The position numbers and the translations under genes are program-made. From assembly GCF_964213995.1 (NCBI RefSeq), contig NC_135829.1, positions 6,696,001 through 6,760,000 of the forward strand: a DNA stretch of 64,000 nucleotides, written 5' to 3'. The stretch comes from Mustelus asterias (lineage: Eukaryota). This document shows positions 1 through 13,014 of this stretch, piece after piece (position 1 is the stretch's first letter; each line of letters begins with the position of its first letter). The notes under the pieces are model-generated. The model ran no database searches. It was given only the letters and a program-made list of their open reading frames with translations, and had not been told where the DNA came from.

Positions 1-544
1 GCGGCCTGTCCTGCAGTAGGTCACAGAACAGCAACCAACAAGGGGAACCATGGCTGACTTCTTTCCCTCTTGCCTCATGTACCTTAGCCCCAAGTGCCAA
101 AGAATTCCCCCTCCCCTCTGTAACAGTGTCTTTTCTTTATCATTTTTCTGCAACCACCATTTTCTGTCCTGCCTGTGTAGGATACTGTTTTCAGACAGAT
201 AGCTGCAGAATTCAGACTGCTCGATGACCCATACCCACCCCACCAGGAACTGGATCGATGCCACCCATATTCACTTCGTAGAAAGGATGTCCGAACATTT
301 TGCCTCAATGGACCACTTGGTTGGATCCAATCGAGTCCTGTGGGGTCACATTATCAAGATGAGATTTGCCTGCTCTTTCAATGCCAACGTTTCTTTCAAT
401 ACATATTATTTTTGGCAAAGATCTGAGCTCAGTTCCTCCTGAATCAGAAGGTTTTTGTGTTGGAGCTTCGCCCCAGAGACATGGGCTCATACACGTTGGC
501 ATTCTGGTGTAGCCAAAGCAGGAGTGGCAAAATGGTGCATTTTA

Positions 545-850
545 GGGCGGCACGGTGGCACAGTGGTTAGCACTGCTGCCTCACAGTGCCAGGGACCCGG
601 GTTCGATTCCCGGCTTGGGTCACTGTCTGTGCGGAGTTTGCACGTTCTCCCCGTGTCTGCATGGGTTTCCTCCGGGTGCTCCGGTTTCCTCCCACAGTCC
701 GAAAGACGTTGCTAGTTAGGTGCATTGGCCGTGCTAAATTCTCCCTCAGTGTATCTGAACAGGCGCCAGAGTGTGGCGGCTCGGGGATTTTCACAGTAAC
801 TTCATTGCAGTGTTAATGTAAGCCTACTTGTGACTAATAAACAAACTTTA
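545..850 (+). mobile_element. HE1-like tRNA-derived SINE, alternative-tail variant (type B)
   Basis: A box TGGCACAGTGG, B box GGTTCGATTCC, V-domain-like core, tail ...GAACAGGCGCC...TGTGACTAATAAAC. Confidence 0.85.
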
Positions 851-1878
851 GCATTCCTGTATGCTTATGAACCAATGCATTTGTTGCATTATCCTATGAC
901 ATATTAAGAGCATAGCATTCCTCTTGTGTTCTGGCCTCAAATATTCTCGGAGCCAACGCTATCATTTATTCTCATCATAGCTGTTTGTGGAATTGTGCTG
1001 GAGACAAAGTGGCTACAACATTTAACTCGCTGCAGTTCAGTTGATCTGCGAGATTTTGAAACATATATAATTTTTTTCTGTCGGTTCTGTGTAATGTTAT
1101 TGTTCCTGAGAAAGGCAACTATAAGTCTTAAAAATAAATTCACTGCCGTGGAAGGTGCAGGCGAGAGATGAGAAGAGAGTTAAGCGACAGTAGGAACCAA
1201 CTACGATTTAAACCCAAGCTTTGTCCTTCGACCTTTTGTTCATATTTATCTCTCTCATTTTAAACCTTTGGAAGTTTAAATTTTTTTAATCTCCCCCAGT
1301 CACCTCCTCATTTGTCAAGTTGCTTCGAAATAGTCATGCAATTTTGGGGGTTTGGGGGAAGTTGACCAGTCACCGCGTCTGTTGTTATTGGTGACTGGAA
1401 CTGTGTGTATATCCTAAATAAACAGGTCAGTTCAGTTTTTTTTCTTCAACTTGCAATAGCAGTTCAGCTCTGTCTCCAAGCTCTTCTTCAAGTATTCTGG
1501 CCAAGAATTAACTGGTTGTACATGACTTGAAAAGAGCAGATTTCTTTAAATGCAATTTGTTTCCTGGAAGTGCTGATATTATGTCAGACTGGAGTTCTAC
1601 AAGTAGCAACCCTTATTTTCCTGAATGTCACTGTGGACTAGTTCCATGGGTTCTGGGGAATGTCATTGCCACTTTATCCTGACACACTGTTATAGTCCCA
1701 TAAATACAGCCCTAATAACTTTTTCTAAGAACAATCACTATAGCTCTCCAAGATATTGTCCTTCTTTTGATGGGCTTAATAAAATGTGTTTATAACCTAC
1801 ATAGATCATAAGAAATTGGATCAGGAATAAGTCATTCGGCCCCACGTCCAAAAACTTAACGACCTCAGCCTTGAATTA

Positions 1879-2170
1879 AGGCGGTGGCGCAGTGGTTAGC
1901 ACTGCTGCCTCACAGCGCCAGGAAGCCGGGATCGATTCCCTGCTTGGGTCACTGTCTGTACAAAGTCTGCACATTCTCCCCCGTATCTGCGTGGGTTTCC
2001 TCCCACAATCCAAAAGACATGTTGGTTAGGTGCGTTGGCCGTGCTAAATTCTCCCTCAGTGTACCCGAACAGGCGCTGGAGTGTGGCGACTAAGGGGTTT
2101 TCACAGTAACTTCATTGCAGTGTTAATTAAGCCTATTTTTGACACTAATAAATAAACTTAAACTTAACTT
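1879..2170 (+). mobile_element. HE1-like SINE type B
   Basis: same head and tail as 545-850. Confidence 0.8.
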
Positions 2171-2181
2171 AATGACTGAGC

Positions 2182-2406
2182 AAAAATTTTAAACTTCCAA
2201 AGGTTTAAAATGAGAGAGATAAATATGAATAAAAGGTCGAAGGACAAAGCTTGGGTTTAAATCGTAGTTGGTTCCTACTGTCGCTTAACTCTCTTCTCAT
2301 CTCTCGCCTGCACTTTCCACGGCAGTGAATTTATTTTTAAGACTTATAGTTGCCTTTCTCAGGAACAATAACATTACACAGAACCGACAGAAAAAAATTA
2401 TATATG
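2182..2406 (-). repeat. Inverted copy of local sequence 1062-1285 fused to the 5' end of a CR1 LINE
   Basis: reverse complement of 1062-1285 with about 3 differences by eye. Confidence 0.92.
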
Positions 2407-3562
2407 GATTTCAGTAAGGCATTTGACAAAGTCCCACATGGCAGGTTGGTTAAGAAGGTTAAGGCTCATGGGATACAAGAAGAAGTGGCTAGATGGGTGG
2501 AGAACTGGCTTGGCCATAGGAGACAGAGGGTAGTGGTCGAAGGGTCTTTTTCCGGCTGGAGGTCTGTGACCAGTGGTGTTCCGCAGGGCTCTGTACTGGG
2601 ACCTCTGCTATTTGTGATATATATAAATGATTTGGAAGAAGGTGTAACTGGTGTAATCAGCAAGTTTGCGGATGACACGAAGATGGCTGGACTTGCGGAT
2701 AGTGAAGAGCATTGTCAGGCAATACAGCAGGATATAGATAGGCTGGAAAATTGGGCGGAGAGGTGGCAGATGGAGTTTAATCCGGATAAATGCGAAGTGA
2801 TGCATTTTGGAAGAAATAATGTAGGGAGGAGTTATACAATAAATGGCAGAGTCATCAGGAGTATAGAAACACAGAGGGACCTAGGTGTGCAAGTCCACAA
2901 ATCCTTGAAGGTGGCAACACAGGTGGAGAAGGTGGTGAAGAAGGCATATGGTATGCTTGCCTTTATAGGACGGGGTATAGAGTATAAAAGCTGGAGTCTG
3001 ATGATGCAGCTGTATAGAACGCTGGTTAGGCCACATTTGGAGTACTGCGTCCAGTTCTGGTCGCCGCACTACCAGAAGGACGTGGAGGCGTTAGAGAGAG
3101 TGCAGAGAAGGTTTACCAGGATGTTGCCTGGTATGGAGGGTCTTAGCTATGAGGAGAGATTGGGTAGACTGGGGTTGTTCTCCTTGGAAAGATGGAGAAT
3201 GAGGGGAGATCTAATAGAGGTGTACAAGATTATGAAGGGGATAGATAGGGTGAACAGTGGGAAGCTTTTTCCCAGGTCGGAGGTGACGATCACGAGGGGT
3301 CACGGGCTCAAGCTGAGAGGGGCGAAGTATAACTCGGATATCAGAGGGACGTTTTTTACACAGAGGGTGGTGGGGGCCTGGAATGCGCTGCCAAGTAGGG
3401 TGGTGGAGGCAGGCACGCTGACATCGTTTAAGACTTACCTGGATAGTCACATGAGCAGCCTGGGAATGGAGGGATACAAACGATTGGTCTAGTTGGACCA
3501 AGGAGCGGCACAGGCTTGGAGGGCCGAAGGGCCTGTTTCCTGTGCTGTACTGTTCTTTGTTC
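2400..3562 (+). mobile_element. CR1/HER1-type LINE, 5'-truncated, open RT C-terminal ORF
   Basis: YMDFSKAFDKV, GVPQGSVLGPLLF, KFADD, RPHLEYCVQFWSP; 3' UTR with hairpin and TTCT microsatellite tail. Confidence 0.95.
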
Positions 3563-3835
3563 TAACCCTCGAGGTAAGTGCAATTCTGTCCTTGATTTCA
3601 TACTTCCATTATGTATTCCTACTTCCACATTTGTAAGGAAAAATGCCGGTGTACACTTGTCATGCTGTAACTACACCTTATTTAATATGCATGAGTTTAT
3701 ATTATGAAGAATAGACATAGTAATTTATAATAGAAATGGTAGGTACATACAAATTTTAAATTTTCAACATATGACTTAGATTTGTATTTAACCATCCTTG
3801 TCTACACTAATGTAGTTCTTTCTGTCTATTCTTAG

Positions 3836-3991
3836 CTATGTGGTGTATACTGGACTCACTGACAAGTTGTATGGCTGTTTCCTCTCCATACAAGGGCCTG
3901 TTGACGAACAACCTAAAGTTGCCTCTTTTCTACAAAATGTTACAGCCCTGCTGCACAGTATGTGTCGGCTTTGCTTTGCTATTGTCAATCG
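3836..3991 (+). CDS. SCAPER: SCAPER internal coding exon (first in window; upstream exons lie outside the window)
   Basis: ttcttag|C...AATCG|gtaagt; 156 nt, phase 2 to phase 2; translates (S)YVVYTGLTDKLYGCFLSIQGPVDEQPKVASFLQNVTALLHSMCRLCFAIVN(R), matching my recall of vertebrate SCAPER SYVVNMGLIDKLCACFLSVQGPVDENPK. Confidence 0.93.
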
Positions 3992-5538
3992 GTAAGTGAT
4001 TGAGTCATTTAACAATGTCTGTAACTTTTCTCCAAATGCGTAGCAGCTTGTCAGTTCAAGTTCTTCCAAGTTTCAGATTCTTCCATAGATAAACTCCGCA
4101 TAGCCAGTGGTGAAGGAGGTGAGGGGGTGGGGGATGAGAATCGTAGCGGGTGAGGGCGGACCATACAAAGGTTCGTTGACCTCAGGTGGGATTTTCAGGT
4201 TTTGGGGGCGGGTGCGGCTGGGAAATCCCGCCCCAGAAGTCAATCTTAACTCAATTTCAGATTTATTTACAAGGTGAAACTCTACAAATGTACAATTTCA
4301 TACTCTTCAACCAGTGTCAATAAGTGTCTCTTTATATGTACTCAAGTAATTATCTAATGAATGCCTACCATCTGTATAGCCTCAACCTAAATTTATACTA
4401 TTAACATGAATATGTCTGGTACAAATCTGACTCACAGCTATCGCTTTAATGAATCCTGATCATCTATTGCCCTCTTCCTGTCCCACTATTTTGACCTCAG
4501 ATCCCCCTACCAAGACTACTTCCAAGAGGCTTGACTTCACTAGTTATTTCCACATCCTGAGCCCAACAGCATTGAAGATGATTGTTCTGTCATTTTGCTG
4601 CCCTTATTCAGATCAGCTGATTTAGCATAAACCAGGAATTTATCCCAAGAAGCTCTGTTGAGGTATATTAGATAGTGTCTTTATCCACTTGGCCGCTGGG
4701 AGAGAATAAGAGGCATTTGTTTAGGGGTTTTCTGTAATAACTTTCCATACAGAAACAATAATAAGCGGCCACAACTGTATTATCTTAATAAAGTACAGAG
4801 TTATTTAGTCACCCTACAGTTAGTTTGCCCCCATGTTTTGATGAGGTGTAAATGTAGCTGTTTCCCAGCAGTTTGAAGTATTTTGTTCAAAGCAATTCCA
4901 AATGTTGATTGTAAAGTAGCCAAAGGTTATTCAACAAGTATTCTGGTTGTTTTGTATAGGTGAAAGTATGATCGATGCGGCGGCCTCTTTCATTGATATT
5001 GTCATGTTTATAAATAATGCACAGACAAAGAACAAAGATCACATTCCAACCACTCATTTGTATGAAAATATTTACTCTGCAGGTTTAAGCCCGGTGACAT
5101 AATAATAATAGATAGAGTAGCAGTTACAATACCAATAGTATGCCTGGTGATTTAAACACATGCTACGCATGCCATGTTCTACTTAATGCAATTTCCTCTC
5201 TTGAGTGCTTTGCTTTTTTTAATATTTTGCCAGCTCTCTCCTTTCTTGAAGGAGGTAACTCTTTGGAAAGTTCTGTTTCATGAAAACTAAGTCATCCAAC
5301 AAGCACGTGGTAATTCGTCCAAGCAACTATGCTATATGTGTAAACCTCGTTGTTAAGTGTTGGCAGGCAGTTCAATCACGCTGCTTTCACCCAAGGTCTG
5401 CGCACACACTGCAACATTGGATTGTGATGAGGAACTTTGGTTGACTTTTCCCCTCTGTATCCCAGTGGTGTGGAGACCAGCTGTAGAACCAGTCCTTTTA
5501 TAAGGTTTATTCATCAAATGTGGATGACACTGACTTCG

Positions 5539-6200
5539 GGGCAGCACAGTGGTCAACACCACTGCCTCACAGCGCCAGGGACCCAGGTTCGATTCCCGGT
5601 TTGGGTCACTGTCTGTGCAGAGTCGGTACGTTCTCCCCGTGTCTACGTGGGTTTCCTCCGGGTGCTCCGGTTTCCTCCCACAGTCCGAAAGACATGCAGG
5701 TTAGGTTGATTGGCTACGCTGAATTGATCCTAGTGTCAGCGGATTAGCAGGGTAAATATGTGGGGTTACGGGGATAGGGCCTGGGTGGGATTGTGATCGG
5801 TGCAGACTCAATGGGCTGAATGGGGCGGCACGGTAGCACAGTGGCTCCAGGGACCTGGGTTCGATTCCCGGCTTGGGTCACTGTCTGTGTGGAGTTTGCA
5901 CATTCTCCTCGTGTCTGCGTGGGTTTCCTCCGGGTGCTCCGGTTTCCTCCCACAGTCCAAAGATGTGCGGGTTAGGTTGATTGGCCATGCTAAAAATTGC
6001 CCTTAGTGTCCTGAAATGTGTAGGTTAGAGGTATTAGTGGGTAAATATGGAGGGATATGGGGGTAGGGCCTGGGTGGGATTGAGGTCGGTGCAGACTCGA
6101 TGGGCCGAATGGCCTCTTTCTGTACTGTAGGGTTTCTATGATTTCTATGAATGGCCTCCTTCTGCATTGTAAGGATTCTATTCTATTCTATTCTATTCTA
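5539..6200 (+). mobile_element. HE1 SINE (CR1 tail) with a second HE1 nested at about 5822-6149
   Basis: two heads and two tails; TGAATGG duplicated at the nested junctions; (TTCTA)n end. Confidence 0.85.
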
Positions 6201-6734
6201 TTCCAGTTGTATTCATTGCTCACTCCTCGTTGCCCTCAACAAGATGGAGATGGGCAGCTTTCTGGAACATCTTTGTGGCGATAGTGTTCTCATAATAGTG
6301 TTATGGAGGTGATTCCTGAATTTTTGACCCAATGGCAACAAAGAAAGTGCAATATATATCCATGTCAGCCTTGAGGGAAACTTGGGGGTAATGTTATTCC
6401 CATGATATTAGAAAACTTGTCCTTCATGCTAGGAGAGGCAGTTGGGCAAGGAGTGCTGTTAAAGTCAGTTTGGTGAGTGACTGAGAACTGTTCCCAGTGG
6501 CATCAGTATCAGGGAGTAAATTTCCTCCTGTGGTTCTCACTACACCAATGCTTGGTTATTTTTTGCAGAAATTGGATGTATGCATTGCGTGTTAGAAGGC
6601 CCCCTCAGATTGTATGAATGTTTTTTAAAATGTAAAAATGAAGATAAAGTTGTGATCTACAGATAAATGTTCATCCACAGTTATCCACTCTTCAGTGAGT
6701 GTCTGACATGTATTTGCCTCTCGATTGCCCATTC

Positions 6735-7490
6735 ATTTACAAGGATGATACCAGAACTGAGAAGTTATACCCATCAGGAAAGATTGATCAGGTTGGAGCT
6801 GTTTTCCTTTGAGGGGCTGACCTGATAGAGGTCTTGAAAATTATGGAAGGATTTGGTAAGATAGATGTAGAGTGAGGGTTACCACAACTTGGAAGAGAGA
6901 CCAAACCAGGTGCCATAAATGTAATAGTCACTAATAAATTAAATACGGATTCTTTATCCATAGAAAGTTTAAAATCTGGAACTCATTCCCATGAGGACTA
7001 GCAGAAGCAAATAGAATGGATGAATTTAAGAGGAAGCTGGATAAACACGGGATATAGGAACAGAAGGTTATGCTGATAGGGGTACCAAGAGTCTTATGTG
7101 GAGCATAACGTGGGTGGCGCTGTGGCACAGTGGTTGGCACTGCTGCCTCACAGCGCCAGGGACCCGGGTTCAAATCCGGCCTCAGGGGTCACTGTCTGTG
7201 CGGAGTTTGCACGTTCTCCCCGTGTCTGCGTGGGTTTCCTCCAGGTACTCCGGTTTCCTCCCACAGTCCAAAGATGTGCGGGTTAGGTGGATTGGCCGTG
7301 CTAAATTGGCCCTAGTGTCAGGGGATTAGCAGGGTAAATATATGGGGTTACGGGAATAGGGCCTGGGTGGGATTGTGGTCGGTACAGACTCGATGGGCCG
7401 AATGGCCTCCTTCTGTACTGTAGGATTCTATTCTATTCTATAAATATGGACTATTTGAGCCAAATGGCCTGTTTCTGTGCCGTACATTCT
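6735..7490 (+). mobile_element. Old CR1 3' fragment interrupted by an HE1 SINE (7112-7440)
   Basis: degenerate RMIPEL..ERL..GDLIEV frame; HE1 head/core/tail inside the 3' UTR. Confidence 0.75.
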
Positions 7491-9239
7491 GGGCAATTTT
7501 GGTATTTTAAAAAGCTGCAGGGAAAAAACAGCAGCAGTGTACAAGATTCTAAAGCAGCCAAAATATTTTTTACTCTGGCTCTACAGAAAGCAACACTCCC
7601 ACCACAGGCGTTAACCTGAATTCCACCCTTTCAACACACTGCAGGTGGACAGTTATACATGCTCACAATATTACAGCTGTTCCTTTTTTTGTGTATTTGT
7701 GGTTTGAGCTTGACCTCCACATTATAAAGTAGCTAGTTTCGTGTCAGCTGTTAATCAACACTTTGCTATTATCACATTGGTGATTGCACTTTGCGTCAGT
7801 CACACATCAACTTGAGCTGTGATAAACAATCCAGCACTGACTTTCCTCATGTCCCAGTAGGTAAAACTGACATTCAACCAAGCCAAACTGACCAGAGGAC
7901 TAACCTAATAAGTTAACTATGCTCAGCCTGGGCAGCAGTGGAGGCACAACAGTTGGCCTCAGTGCCCTGGGATCGAGAGGTAGCAATTAGTTACCTGTCC
8001 TTGCCAATTACGAATAGCCTGTGCGAGCACTGGGCAAGGACAAGATTGTTCACGTATGTGGTGGCCTTCGCAGTCAAATAGTTTGCTGACACTGGGCTAG
8101 GCTACTACAGTAAAATGAAAGTGACTTGTCCAAGGTAGTGTGAGAAGTGCAAAGGGCAAGCACTGTCCTTAAAAACATCAAAGCACACAATAGGACACTT
8201 ACAAAGGGAGAACATTGGAATAAGGTTTAAAAACAATTCTCTTCTTTTCCCTTTTAAATGGGGTAGTTAATACGGTAACTGTAGTTCATCCACATTCCAA
8301 CAGTCAGTGAAGCTTACCTTACAGCAGAAGTCTTGATAAAGTCAAAGCTTATCTTGCCTGTACTTACATATCCATTCCAGTATATAGATTAAAACCACTG
8401 GAGGGCAATTGTTAATGAATTGTATGTTTTATATTGACTGGTGTTCTGTTTGTTTTGAGTAGCTGAGATTACATGGACAATATTGAATATCTGGAAGTGA
8501 TTACTGATCGAGGGGTTCCCGTGATTTATGTGTAGAGGATAAATGGATACCTGGGAATAATTGCAAGTCAGTAATGTAACCTCAGCCTCAGATTTGTACA
8601 GAGAATAAAAGATACCTGGAATTCATTACAATGTAATCTAATCTCAGTCTCGCCATGTAAACAACAAATGCTAATTCTGTGTGGTTTATAACCATCATTT
8701 GAACCCTAAAATTAGATTACTCCCTATCAAAATAATTCTATGGCATTGCCTCTTTTAATATATGTATCATTCTGCAAAGATTTCTTTTCTTCAATTTTCT
8801 TTCCTCTTCTGCTGAAGTCTGACTGGAATATGGCTCAATTGAAAGTTGCAGTCAGCCAGGTACCTGCTTAAGACCATTCTCCATGTGTAAGCAAGAAATC
8901 TAGTAATAATGAGTTAAGGAGCCCATTATTGTTGAAGAAGTTGACTTTTCTACTTGTGTATTTATCTTGGTTGATTTTGTACAAAGGTTTCCATGTTAAC
9001 CACCTCTGCTATAACCTGATAGTATTAACAATATGGCCCAAAGGTCTGTTTGTTGTCATCTTCCTTTCACTTGCAACCTTCTATCTTTCCCCATTTATTG
9101 GTTGGCTGTTGCCAGAATTGAAATTTTCTATTACTTCTTCTCGTAGCTAAGAATTATCAGTCATAGTGACCATGCTAAAGGTAGCTCTTCCCCAAACTTG
9201 TTATCATTCCTTCTGATTATTGCTCACCCACATCACCTG

Positions 9240-9725
9240 TCATATCCAATTCTGGTCACCACACTAACCAGAAGGACGTGGAGGCTTTGGAGAGAGAGTG
9301 CAGGAAAGGTTTACCAGGATGTTGCTTGGTATGGAGCTATGAGGAGAGATTGAATAAACTAGTTTTGTTCTCCCTGGAAAGACGGAGGCTGAGGGGCGAC
9401 CTGATAGAAGTTTATAAAATGATGAGAGGTACAGATAGGGTGAAGAGTTGGAAGCTTTTTCCCAGGGCAGACATGACAATTACAAGGGGGCACAAGTTCA
9501 AGGTAAGGGGGGGGAAAAGTTCAGTGGAGATGTGTGGGGAAAGTTTTTTACACAGAGGGTGGTGGGGGCCTGGAATGCGCTGCCAAGTGAGGTGGTTGAG
9601 GCAGTTACGTTAGCCACATTTAAGACTTATCTTGATAGGCATCTGAACAAACGGATAAGCGGTTGGTTTAGATAGGTAAACGTGTAGGCTTGGAGGGCCA
9701 AGGGACCTGTTCCTGTTCTTTGATC
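9240..9725 (+). mobile_element. CR1 LINE 3' fragment, frameshifted
   Basis: QFWSPH, ALER, LFSLERRRLRGDLIEVYK, FFTQRVVGAWNALP. Confidence 0.9.
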
Positions 9726-9790
9726 TTTCTTTGTCTCCCAGTAGCCAACCTTCAGTATTCACCTTCAAGTTCATAGTTTCTAGTTTTAGG

Positions 9791-9955
9791 TCATAGTATT
9801 AACCCATAGTATTAACCCATAGTATTATACCCATAGTATGGGTCTCCCCTCCATCGTTACCCTCCTCCAGGCTCACTCACCCTCCATCGTTACCCTCCTC
9901 CAGCCTCATCCCCCTCCATCGTTACCCTCCTCCAGCCTCACTCCCCCTCCATCAT
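9791..9955 (+). repeat. Compound minisatellite: (CATAGTATTAACC)x~3.5 followed by a ~35-bp unit (CCCTCCATCGTTACCCTCCTCCAG...)x3
   Basis: tandem units read directly; abuts a short CR1 3' tail at about 9955-10045. Confidence 0.85.
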
Positions 9956-10189
9956 AGTGGGATAGCTTGATCTTGGTTTCAGACAAAGCTCAGCACAACA
10001 TCGAGGGCCGAAGGGCCTGTACTGTGCTGTACTGTTCTATGTTTTCTCCCCATCTCTCTTGCAAGTGCTCATTTTTGTGAGGGTACAGTTCCCTGGTCAC
10101 CCACAGTTTCCACCGCCCCGCTCGCCAGTGCTTCACCAGAGGAAAAACACTTCAAATTGAGCCTAGACAGTGAGTACTGACAACCATAA

Positions 10190-10565
10190 GCATAAAATCT
10201 GGGACTATACAGCACTGAGGGAATGCTGCTCTTTTAGAGGTTCCATCTTTCAAATGAGACATGAAACTGAAGCCCCATCTGCCTTCCCAGGTAGATTTAA
10301 AAGACCCTTGATACTATTTCGAAGAAGAAGTAGGGTGAGTGTTGGGGGGGCCTGTTCTTCCCGATGCTCTGGCCAATACTTATCTCTCGATCGACATCAC
10401 TAAAAAAACAGATTATCTGGTTGTTATCATATTGCTGTTTGCAAAACTGTTGTGTGTGCAAATTAGCTACCGTGTTTCCTTTATTGCAACAGTGACTGTA
10501 CATCAGAAGTACTTTATTGGCTTTGGGACGTCCTTCATTCATGAAAGACATTATATAAATGTGAG
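10190..10565 (+). mobile_element. DeuSINE/SacSINE1-like SINE
   Basis: core GCAAATTAGCT.CCGTGTTTCC...CAGTGACT and L2-like tail ending ATATAAATG; similar copies near 42480, 45005, 46450, 49560, 57130, 59070, 61850. Confidence 0.6.
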
Positions 10566-11119
10566 TTCTGTCTGTAAATGCACGTCTTTGTGCTCTGTCT
10601 TTTTTTAAAAGGTGATTTCACAGCGGGTTGGTATCACTCCCGCCCTGTTATTACAGCAAGCTGGCATTAAACAAACGTAAATTCCCATTCGAAGCCCATC
10701 AAACAAAACTTCGACGTGTTAATCTGAAACAAAGCCTGGATGAGTGACATCAAGTGTTGGCCCCTGATCCTTTATGGCTCCACTAGAAACAGCTGAGTGC
10801 TGACTGACCTTGCAAGTGATACAATGGATGACGCTGGGTAGGGCAGGGCTCTGAAGAAAGGGTATTTGACTTACTCAGGCTTGTTCCGTAAAGTCAGGAT
10901 CTGCTCCTTTTATGTTTTGCCAGGACTTTAAAAAGTAGCTGTTGCGACATTTGAGATAAACTTGAAAATGTTGTTTACTTGGTAGACTTGATCTATGGTG
11001 TTAAAGGCTTTCTCCTTTTAAAGGGGAAATGTTCAACTGGCGCGGTGGTTGAGAAACCATGGCTTGCCTTATTATGATGTGGAGATGTTATCTCCTTATT
11101 ATCTTGCCTTATTATCCCA

Positions 11120-11480
11120 TGGCCACTACTCCTGGTCACTATCCTGGGAAAGCAACTCGCCAGAGCTTCTTCAATAGCGTCTTCCAAACCTGTGACCTCT
11201 GCCACCTCGAAGGAGAAGGGCAGCAGATTCATAGGATAGCCTGCAAGCTCCCCTCCGAGCCACTCACCATCCTGACTTGGAACTATATCGCCATTCCTTC
11301 ACTGCCGCTGGGTCAAAACGCTGGAACTTCATTCCTAACAGCACTGCGGATGCACTTGCACTACATGATCTGCTGCAGTTCAAGAAGGCAGCTCGCCACC
11401 ACCTCCTCCAGGGCAGCTAGAGATGGGCATAAATGCTGACCTGGCTAGTGATAGCCACACCTCATGAAATAATTTTTAAA
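11120..11480 (+). mobile_element. LINE 3' fragment ending GGGCAGCTAGAGATGGGCATAAATGCTG
   Basis: 3' tail shared with the SINE family at 30340 and 56130. Confidence 0.55.
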
Positions 11481-11604
11481 ACTACCAGTGTTGGTGATTG
11501 AAACGGAAACCATGCCAACATCGAAGACTAGATCCAATTAGTATCTGAAGGAAAGGGGAATAAAGGGATATGAAAATGGGACACACAAATTCGATTAGAT
11601 TGAA

Positions 11605-11930
11605 TGGCCAGCATGGTGGCACAGTGGTTAGCACTGCTGCCTCACAGCTCCAGGGACCCAGGTTCAATTCTTGCCTGTGTGAAGTTTGCACATTCTCCCA
11701 GTGTCTGCATGAGTTTCCTTCGGGTGCTCCAGTTTCTTCCCACAGTCCAAAGATGTGCACATTAGGTGGATTGGCCATGCTAAATTGCTCCTTAGTGTCC
11801 CAAGATGTGTAGGTTAGATGGATTAGCCATGCTCAATGTGTGGGGTTATGGGGATAGGGTGGGGGAGAGGGCCTGGGTTAGACACTCTGTCAGAATCGGT
11901 GCAGACTCGATGGGCCGAATTCTATGATTT
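11605..11930 (+). mobile_element. HE1 SINE
   Basis: head, core and CR1-like tail. Confidence 0.8.
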
Positions 11931-12404
11931 TATTGCCTGTGCAGTATAAACGCCAACATAGACTTTTTGGGCCATATGGCTTATTTATAAGTTGTGTTTT
12001 TATGCACATGTGCAAACCAGCGAATGGAAAATTTGGGCTTAGTTGTAACATACGTTGCAGAAAAATAGGGTAGTGCCGTCGAGGGATACACATGAAAGAT
12101 GATGAGTTGGATAAAGTGTTTTTGATCTGTGGATGTTGGTGAAACTTCAGTACCTTCAGGAGAGTTGGGGAGATAATAGGTGCAGAAAAAGGAAATGTAT
12201 CGTGAAGAAACATTTCAGACCACATGAACTCACTCCTGAAGATGGTAGCTGGAAACAGACTCAAATGGAGAAAAGTTAAATATGCAGAAAGGGGGTGTTC
12301 TGATCATGTAAATATTATTTTTTGCATGCTAAGTTACTTTTCTCCTTCAAATGCAAAATAATGTTTACTTTTCAACTACAACTTTTAATCAACAAATTAT
12401 TAGA

Positions 12405-12925
12405 CCATAAGTCCTAGGAGCAGAGTTAAACTACTCGGCTCAACTGCTCCTCCATTCAATCATGGCTGATATTTTTCTCATTCCCATTCTCCTGCCTTTT
12501 CCCCATAACCCCTAATCCCCTTATTAATCAAGAACCTATTTATCTCTGTCTTAAAGACACTCAATGACCTGGCCTCCACACCACTCTCTGGCTGAAGAAA
12601 TTCCTCCTCATCTCTGTTTTAAACGATCGTCCCTTTAGTCTGAGGTGGTGCCCTCTGGTTTTAGTTTTTCCTATTAGTGAAAACATCCTCCCCTTGTCCA
12701 CTCTATCCATGCCTCGCAGTATCCTGTAAGTTTCAATAAGATCCTCCCTCATCCTTCCAAACTCCAACGAGTACAGACCCAGAGTCCTCAACCGTTCCTC
12801 ATACGACAAGACCCAAATTGACCCAACCTCTCCAATTTATCCTCATAGCTACAGTTGTTTATCCCTGGAAGCATTCTTGTGAATCTCCTCTGTACCCTCT
12901 CCAGTGCCTTCACATCCTTCACATG
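12405..12925 (-). mobile_element. CR1 3' fragments (younger copy inserted into an older one)
   Basis: SYEERLRTLGLYSLEF..DLIETY and KDVKALERVQRRFTRMLPG frames. Confidence 0.85.
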
Positions 12926-13014
12926 AGGAGAATTTTTTTTATAACGCAGCACACTGTTATGACTACAGTCTGAAGAGATAGTGGAAACAGACCCAGTAGT
13001 AGCTTTCAAACGGA

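Noticed and set aside
1-540. Possible exon or LINE ORF remnant at the window start
   Set aside because: No convincing SCAPER similarity or RT motif that I can support
545-620. tRNA genes at SINE heads
   Set aside because: A and B boxes only, continuous with the SINE body, no complete cloverleaf or terminator
2350-3492. 380-aa ORF as a host gene
   Set aside because: Truncated CR1 ORF2; the N-terminus is accidental read-in from the inverted duplication and has no ATG start
4185-4235. Short GC-rich imperfect inverted repeat (GGGATTTTC...GAAATCCC), with related degenerate pieces near 22340, 35905-37150 and 43200
   Set aside because: Probably old MITE-like remnants; too degenerate to define ends or TSDs
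9791-9955. CRISPR-like array
   Set aside because: Units are directly tandem with no unique spacers; eukaryotic context
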